From Selaginella moellendorffii (lineage: Eukaryota; Plantae; Lycopodiophyta), in NCBI RefSeq assembly GCF_000143415.4, contig NW_003314370.1, forward strand, positions 186,001 to 250,000: DNA of 64,000 nucleotides. Reading direction: 5' to 3'. Position numbers and translations under genes: made by a program. Under the pieces are notes generated by a model that ran no database searches, was not told where the DNA came from, and saw nothing but the letters and a program-made list of their open reading frames with translations. Shown here piece after piece: positions 58,791 to 64,000 of this stretch (its first letter is position 1; each line of letters begins with the position of its first letter).

Positions 58791-59829
58791 GCTCTCAGCT
58801 CATCCAATTAAATCCTCATATGACTCAGCAAAAATGAACCATTAATGAAATCATATATAGTGTAATTATAAAATGAAATCACTTTGTATTTAAGGCATAT
58901 GTGGGACTCACATAGAAACTCTAACATTTATGATTTGTGTTGAGTATGGCCAAGAACAATTTTGCCCATTAGATCATCCATTGCACATTCAATTATTATA
59001 AATGTATATTTTTAGTTTAGGTTGAGTCCCTCCAAATGTATTACAAAAGCCTAGTTCTAAACATTGTTGAAAGCCCAATGTAACCAAGGAAAACAAAATA
59101 TATTAGAATAAACATAACTATCATTGCTTTAAAGATTATCTTTGATAAAATTACACCTTTCAAGTTAAAGAAAAATGGTTCATGCATATCTTCAATACCT
59201 TTTCCATCAACAACCAACATGATAATTCTATATAAACACAGTTTATGAGGAATTCTTTCAATTTGTTACTTGAGCTCTTGTTTCATTAGTTAAAGTAAAT
59301 TTGTAGGAACATGAGATAACTTGAAGTAGTCACCATATTGATAGGGACGGACTTCATAAAGATTCTAGGTTGCAACCCATATCCTTCATGAGGTATTAAG
59401 CAAAGATACAATATATACTCTGCATATGCCATAGATTAGATATGTTAAGAATTTTTAATTTTTTTGGAAACTCAAAAAAGTGTTTATAAAACCATATTAT
59501 GCACTCAAAAATCTCTCTCCACAAATACTGAATATGCTATAAAATGAAATGGATTTAATCCTTATCTAGGTAAAACTCTAACATTATGAGTACATTGCTA
59601 TATGTAAATGTCCTATATATAAAACTCTTGGCTGTGGATCCCAATATTGGACTATGTCCCTCTCAACCTCATTATACTATAGAGTATTATTGTTTGAGAT
59701 GTGTATTGTTGCTCAATGAATAGTTTGTATGTATGTATTATGAGATTTTTAAAGGTAGCTCATTCACAAGCTACAATATAATGAGTCACATCACAAAATA
59801 TGAGATATATAAACATAACTTATAAATAA

Positions 59830-59833
<4 letters not shown>

Positions 59834-59899
<66 letters not shown>
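59834..59899. repeat. (TA)n microsatellite, ~33 units
   Basis: Read directly from the sequence. Confidence 0.98.
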
Positions 59900-59901
<2 letters not shown>

Positions 59902-59920
59902 ATGTCTTTATATATAGAAA

Positions 59921-61370
59921 TATGCGAGAGTGAATGTGTAAAAATACAAGAGTACGAGCAACAAAGAGAGTGTACCTCTTTTTGTGTATATGTCTCAGTG
60001 TCCTGGCCCCCTTTTTCTTATAGAGCGAGTGCTCGGGCGCCCCTGTGGCAGACTGGGTGAGTTCTCCGTGGCTCTAACCTCTTGCATTTTGCTCTGGCTA
60101 CACTGAGACCCTCTCACACTTAGAGCCACCGACACTGAGACACTGGGATTTATGGATGTGTGAATACAGATATAACGCAGTGCCCCTTTGGGTGGTACCT
60201 TGACATATACACCTTTCAAGTTTAGAGTGTCAATATACAAATATTTATGAGGGGGAGGCTCGGAAATTCCGCGAGAGCGTGTGCGGGAGCTTGTGCTCAC
60301 CGACTTACGGCTCCCCACAAGCGCCTCAGGGCCAAATGTGGCCACACCCCTCTATCCACATATCGCAAAAAATGGCCCAAACCCTAGAGACAGAAAACGC
60401 GTATATGTCCACACCTCTAGGAATGTATATATCTATATATATACACGTGTCCCCATCTCTCTCTCTCTANNNNNNNNNNNNNNNNNNNNNNNNNNNNNNN
60501 NNNNNNNNNNNNNNNNNNNNNNNNNNNNNNNNNNNNNNNNNNNNNNNNNNNNNNNNNNNNNNNNNNNNNNNNNNNNNNNNNNNNNNNNNNNNNNNNNNNN
60601 NNNNNNNNNNNNNNNNNNNNNNNNNNNNNNNNNNNNNNNNNNNNNNNNNNNNNNNNNNNNNNNNNNNNNNNNNNNNNNNNNNNNNNNNNNNNNNNNNNNN
60701 NNNNNNNNNNNNNNNNNNNNNNNNNNNNNNNNNNNNNNNNNNNNNNNNNNNNNNNNNNNNNNNNNNNNNNNNNNNNNNNNNNNNNNNNNNNNNNNNNNNN
60801 NNNNNNNNNNNNNNNNNNNNNNNNNNNNNNNNNNNNNNNNNNNNNNNNNNNNNNNNNNNNNTATACTACAATGAATGTGTTATTATATATAATTACAAGC
60901 AACAAAAATAGAAGAATACTTATAGTTTATATAGCAAAGTGTATAAGCCTCCTTTTTCTTATAAATCTATTATTCAAGTGCCTCTGTTGTAGCCTGGCTG
61001 AGTTATAAGTGGCTCAAACCTCTTGAATTTTGCATTGGTTAAATTGATATCCTCTAACAATTAAATCCACCTAATTTGTGCCACTATGATTTATGGCATT
61101 GTTATTACAGATATAATGAAGTACCTTTTTGGGTGGTACCTTGTAATATACACCTTTCCAATTTAGATTGTCAAATTACAAGTATTTATAAAGTGTTGGC
61201 TTGGAAATTCTAAAATAGCATGTGAGGTAGGTAGTGATCTTAGTCTTAAGGATCTTCAGATGCATCTAAGTGCCAAATGTGGCCATACTACTAAATCCTC
61301 TTATTGCAAAAAATGATAGAAAGTCTAGAAACATATAACTAGAAAATGGCCAAACCTCTAGGAAAGTAGC
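59921..61370 (+). repeat. ~500-bp diverged direct repeat on either side of the gap (59921-60430 vs 60862-61370)
   Basis: Collinear anchors TGAATGTGT, CCTTTTTCTTATA, GGGTGGTACCTTG, ATATACACCTTTC, GCCAAATGTGGCCA, ACCTCTAGGAA. Confidence 0.85.
60470..60861. other. assembly gap (392 N)
   Basis: Run of N. Confidence 1.
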
Positions 61371-61564
61371 ATTATTAATATAAACACCTAAACTAAAGTC
61401 TAAGTCACTAAAATTAGATGGAAGGCCACCTTCCTCCTTTTCCTCTATGTCTTTCAAAAAATTTGAAAGGATAGAATTCAATAACAAAGATTTGTAGCAG
61501 GTAATTATACTAATAGTTACTTATCGACAAGTCCTTTTAGATATTCTTTCCTTTCTACAATAAC

Positions 61565-62222
61565 TGTAGCACATGTGGTTTTGACCCTTTATCCTATGGT
61601 GATTTACCATAGGATAACACCACGAAGCGGAACCTAAACCCTCTTTATGCCATGTGACAGATGCCATGTGTCATATGCCACATGTCCATAAGAACCCGAG
61701 GTTCAGGGCCTTGGGCCACTGAACGAAAGAATGGTGCCAAACTTCCAAGCATGGAGCCAAAGAGTGATAGAACCGAACCACAGAGCAACTCTCGAGCATA
61801 AAGCCCAAGGAGCGAAGGGATAGGAGCCCGAAGGGACTTAGAACAGTCCTAGAGTAACTAGCATCCCAATGCCAAGACTAGCACACAAAACGGAGCCAAA
61901 CGGAGTCTGGTGCTATTTTGGCATACCGGTGGCCTAACGTGAAGATATGGGTACTCCACCAACTAGCATGGAATGGAACTTGGGCTTGGACCCAAGCCGA
62001 ACACAGAACAAGGACAGGCACGCAAGCGGGAGCTAGACTATGCCTCAGGTTGGTCAGCCATGCTCGACCTACCCACTATCCCTACTATACATTTGGAACC
62101 CCCACAGCCCCCCCCCCCCGTTGAGGAACACACGCTTTGGGCTTTCACCCCAAACCTCCCTTTGTATTAGGAGTTAGTATCTGGGACAAGCTCGAAACTT
62201 ATTAAATATGGAATGTCCTTAA
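61565..62222 (+). mobile_element. truncated LTR, same family as solo LTR 31509-32377
   Basis: Starts TGTAGCACATGTGGTTTTGACCCTTTATCC and matches the solo LTR reverse complement through the poly-C tract to GGAATGTCC. Confidence 0.88.
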
Positions 62223-64000
62223 CACATCCATAAGCTAAACTTTATAATGCAAAGCTAATGAAGAGCATATCTGCATCAATCCAAAAGCTAAGCATAACGA
62301 AACTATGCTCAACAAGTGATCACCAAACGATCCTCCATGAATCCATCTATAGCAAGACGTAATTCACTTCATAACAAGCACAAAAAGAATCATCAATGAC
62401 CAATATATCCCAACTGAAATCCAACAAGGATTCAATCATTAATTCTTCCTCTCGTAAAGTTAGCATAATCTATGACTGAAATCACTTTTCAAGGAAAAGT
62501 CAAAGCTCAACCCCTACTAAATAATCTCGTCTAAACACAACTAACTCAAATTTGCCACTTAGCTGGTTTGAACGTCAATTTAATTGTTAACTAGCAAATG
62601 CATGAATGCCAATAACACAAAGCCATAGCCAAATCGTCAACACTATCTTCATTAAGACTAATGAAACTCAATATCAATCCTAAGAAGAGACATCTCATTT
62701 CACTCGAATCTCAACCTCAATAATGTCAACGACAAGGCATCACTTCAATGCCATCAACAACAGAACAAAGCTAGCAGAAAGCAAGAGTGAATCACCACTC
62801 AAAACTTTCTAGCAACCAAACTAACCAAAGTCGGAGATACTTTACTTAGTATCCGAGACCAATCTCTTAACAATACTCAGTCACAGATAACACTTCCTCA
62901 AGGAATGAATCACCACATCCAAGACTCCATGAAATCCAACACCACGAATTAAACGCAACCAAATGATATTAACAGAGGTAGAGTTAACATACCAACATGG
63001 ACAAACCATGTAAGTCTAACGACATGATCCTCCACAACACCATCCGGTAAAGCAAACCCATCACTACTAAATCATCATCGAGTGAAGCAAAAGTCAAAAT
63101 CCCTTGACAAAGTCTATAAGCAATCACTAATTGCCAAGCAACTAACAACCACTTGTCAACTTACCTTCACAAAACCCGAACAGTAAACCTGTGTCATCAA
63201 GTTATATACTTGGCCAACATGAACGTAATACCCCAGGCACGAGATAAAGGTTTGTGGACAAGCACAAACTAAATGACCACTCGAATCCAACTCAACCGTA
63301 ATAAACTCACTAACATGTCTAGTCAATAGCTCCGAACATGCCTTGAAGAGGCTAGCTACACATGATCAACATTAAGTCGAAACTCAAGTGAAGACCATGA
63401 AATGGACTCATATCGGTACACAACCTCCTTATAGACAAAGCTATAATATGGGTACCAACATCTCAAACTCAAACAACTAAGTTGAACATCACCATCCTTA
63501 GCCAAGGTGCAGGGCCACCAAGACCAAGTCAAGATCAGCGAGAGCTCACTACTGTCATAGAGTCTAGCAAAATGCAAAGTGCAACCTGCTACCAAGCATA
63601 ACGCTACAAAAGAAAGGCACAAGGGTCACCTTTCTAGAAAAGTGCAACAGTCACTTTTCTACACTAACTCCAGACTCTATCCAACTCAATTGCCTTAGCC
63701 TCAAAAGTTAGCATCCCTTTTGGGCTGCATCATACAAACTACCTACTAAGGTCTAAGCCAACCGAAGTCAACTCCAACCCTTTCACTAGTTTGTATTGGC
63801 TTACGAAAACAGAATGGTTTTCAAGCAAAGTGATCAAAAGATCAACCATTGTATAAGTCTAAGAAAATTTATAGAAAATTTCTATCCTAGAGAAAGAATG
63901 ACTCTTAGTCCAGGAATACAAACTTTCAAGATTCAACCAACTTCCTCCTACTAACAACTTCACATAAGTTCACCTCAACACAAATTCTCATGACCTATAG
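62223..64000. mobile_element. probable decayed retroelement internal sequence
   Basis: Strong A/C strand skew, few CpG, adjacent to an LTR. No domain motif recognised. Confidence 0.3.

Noticed and set aside
52300-59800. Short hydrophobic ORFs in the AT-rich region, or an organellar DNA insertion
   Set aside because: Ile/Phe/Lys-rich chance ORFs; no plastid or mitochondrial gene motifs recognised; the pattern fits methylation-decayed transposon DNA.
60279-60911. ORFs spanning the N run
   Set aside because: Artefacts of translating through the assembly gap.

Overview
Eukaryotic plant nuclear DNA. Tiny (~50-80 nt) introns, ~150-200 bp intergenic gaps and abundant PLS-class PPR genes suggest a lycophyte such as Selaginella; this is inferred, not looked up. 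There are four zones. (1) 1-10.2 kb is a dense housekeeping block: 3-dehydroquinate synthase, an E-class PPR, gamma-SNAP with a probable U12 intron, a Gfo/Idh/MocA oxidoreductase and DEAD-box helicase RH36. (2) 10.5-35.5 kb is a dynamic island: two decayed short-LTR Ty3/Gypsy copies (one with a nested solo LTR and 5-bp TSD), a 2OG-Fe(II) dioxygenase, an MFS/nodulin transporter, PPR/BSP/LRR/DNA-pol-alpha fragments, a nested-palindrome mini-element, and an apparently intact 279-aa orphan gene with a zinc-deaminase signature (GxNV...CAE...CxxC). That gene is the best novelty candidate. (3) 35.8-52.2 kb is a second gene block: a PUB62/At3g19895-like gene, ECM29, a tandem pair of stand-alone RNase H genes with an unusual aromatic C-terminal extension, an AAC4-like putative nuclease, and ARP6 with a tRNA-Lys(UUU) 40 nt upstream of its ATG. 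(4) 52.3-64 kb is AT-rich, CpG-depleted transposon debris with LTR fragments, a Ulp1-protease relic, a ~120-bp minisatellite, a (TA)n tract and an assembly gap. All family calls come from motif recognition by eye; no database search was run.
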